Made by a program: the position numbers and the translations under genes. Shown here one piece after another: positions 63,060 through 64,000 of a DNA stretch of 64,000 nucleotides; positions within the stretch are counted from its first letter, which is position 1; every line of letters begins with the position of its first letter. A model generated the notes under the pieces. It did not search any database, was not told where the DNA came from, and was given only the letters and a program-made list of their open reading frames with translations. Source of the DNA: Octopus vulgaris (lineage: Eukaryota); NCBI GenBank assembly GCA_951406725.2, contig OX597827.1:59272001-59336000 (forward strand). The letters are read 5' to 3'.

Positions 63060-63690
63060 CCAGAAGCCTATAAGCCTGCTACAACAGCTCTGGTATCAGC
63101 CCAAGTTGGCAGACATTTTCTTGTAGCAGATAGAGAGAGAGAGAGAGAGAGATAGCTGACCCAACCTTGGTTGATCAAATTCTAGTTTGCATCCCTCTGC
63201 CCTTCCTATCCAAAGCCACCTTGTAACCGTCTCTGCAGCTTCATTAAGGGAACTCATAGCCTTCCTTTTTATATCAGTTCCTCTTGTGCTCTCATGTTGG
63301 GCAGCAAATTGAAACCACCGGTCTCGGTTGTGTTTTTCTTTACATCCAGCCATGTGATATTAGTTGCTTATGAATGTTCTGTGCCTTATAGTTTTCAGTC
63401 TTCTCTTTCGTTTTTTGCCTTCCACTGGTGTCCATTTGAAAGCTGTTTTAGGATGGCATTGTTTTGATAACCAGAATGTATGTGATCTGCTGGTTTTAAT
63501 TTTCATTCTGTGATGATTTCATTAAGTGGTCCTGCATTGGCTTTCTTTAGAATGTCTTCCTTACTTTTGTGGCCTTGTCGCTATATTCTCACAATCCTTC
63601 TCAAGCATCTTTGGTGGAACACATCTTAGGGCAGCAGTGATTTTCGTGGTGCTCTTCCATGCCTCACTGGCATAGAGAACTGTTGGTAGA
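63060..63690 (-). mobile_element. Degenerate RTE-like LINE 3' fragment
   Basis: - strand ILLPTVLYASEAWKST...FHQRCLRRIVRI motif. Confidence 0.65.
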
Positions 63691-64000
63691 AGTATGTTAT
63701 TGTTGTATTACCGGTTTTAACAAATCTCATCATGACCCCCCCAGACAGAAGATAAACATAAATTTTTACAGATATTTGATATGATGGGATTCATTAAAAC
63801 CGGAAATATTTTCTTTATATGATAATTTTGATAAAATCATTTTTATTAAATTCCCTCTTAAATTGAAATGTCTTTGGCTTACTTCTGTGCTATTTCTGTG
63901 TCCATCATTAAAAAAGACTTGTAACTTCTGTGAAAATACATATTCCTGAACCTCAAAGTTTCTTTGTAAGTTCTACAAGTATTGGCTTTGAGAAATGTTT

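Overview
AT-rich, repeat-dense eukaryotic DNA. The SINE families, (TA)n/(TG)n microsatellites and single-exon C2H2 zinc-finger genes suggest a coleoid cephalopod such as Octopus (inference). Genes: the last five coding exons of an ENTPD4/7-type apyrase (+, 157-6891); two divergent C2H2 zinc-finger genes (5 fingers, -, 23112-23663; 12 fingers, +, 38864-39916); a decayed duplicate of the first; a full-length U2 snRNA gene; tRNA-Lys(UUU); and a rearranged 18S rRNA fragment. The rest is SINEs, RTE/CR1 LINE fragments, Penelope-like (PLE) retroelement fragments, a mariner, Merlin-like and other MITEs, non-autonomous Helitrons and satellites. The most interesting unannotated signal is a set of minimal type I hammerhead ribozymes. 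Two look near-intact (26979-27042, 42965-43021), one is a variant (15327-15397) and several are decayed. They sit in PLE-type tails next to (TA)n tracts, and many tails are folded into long inverted repeats. Also notable: a U2 gene bracketed by Helitron ends, and a joined two-piece 18S fragment inside an LTR-like element. Coordinates were read by eye, so repeat edges are approximate.
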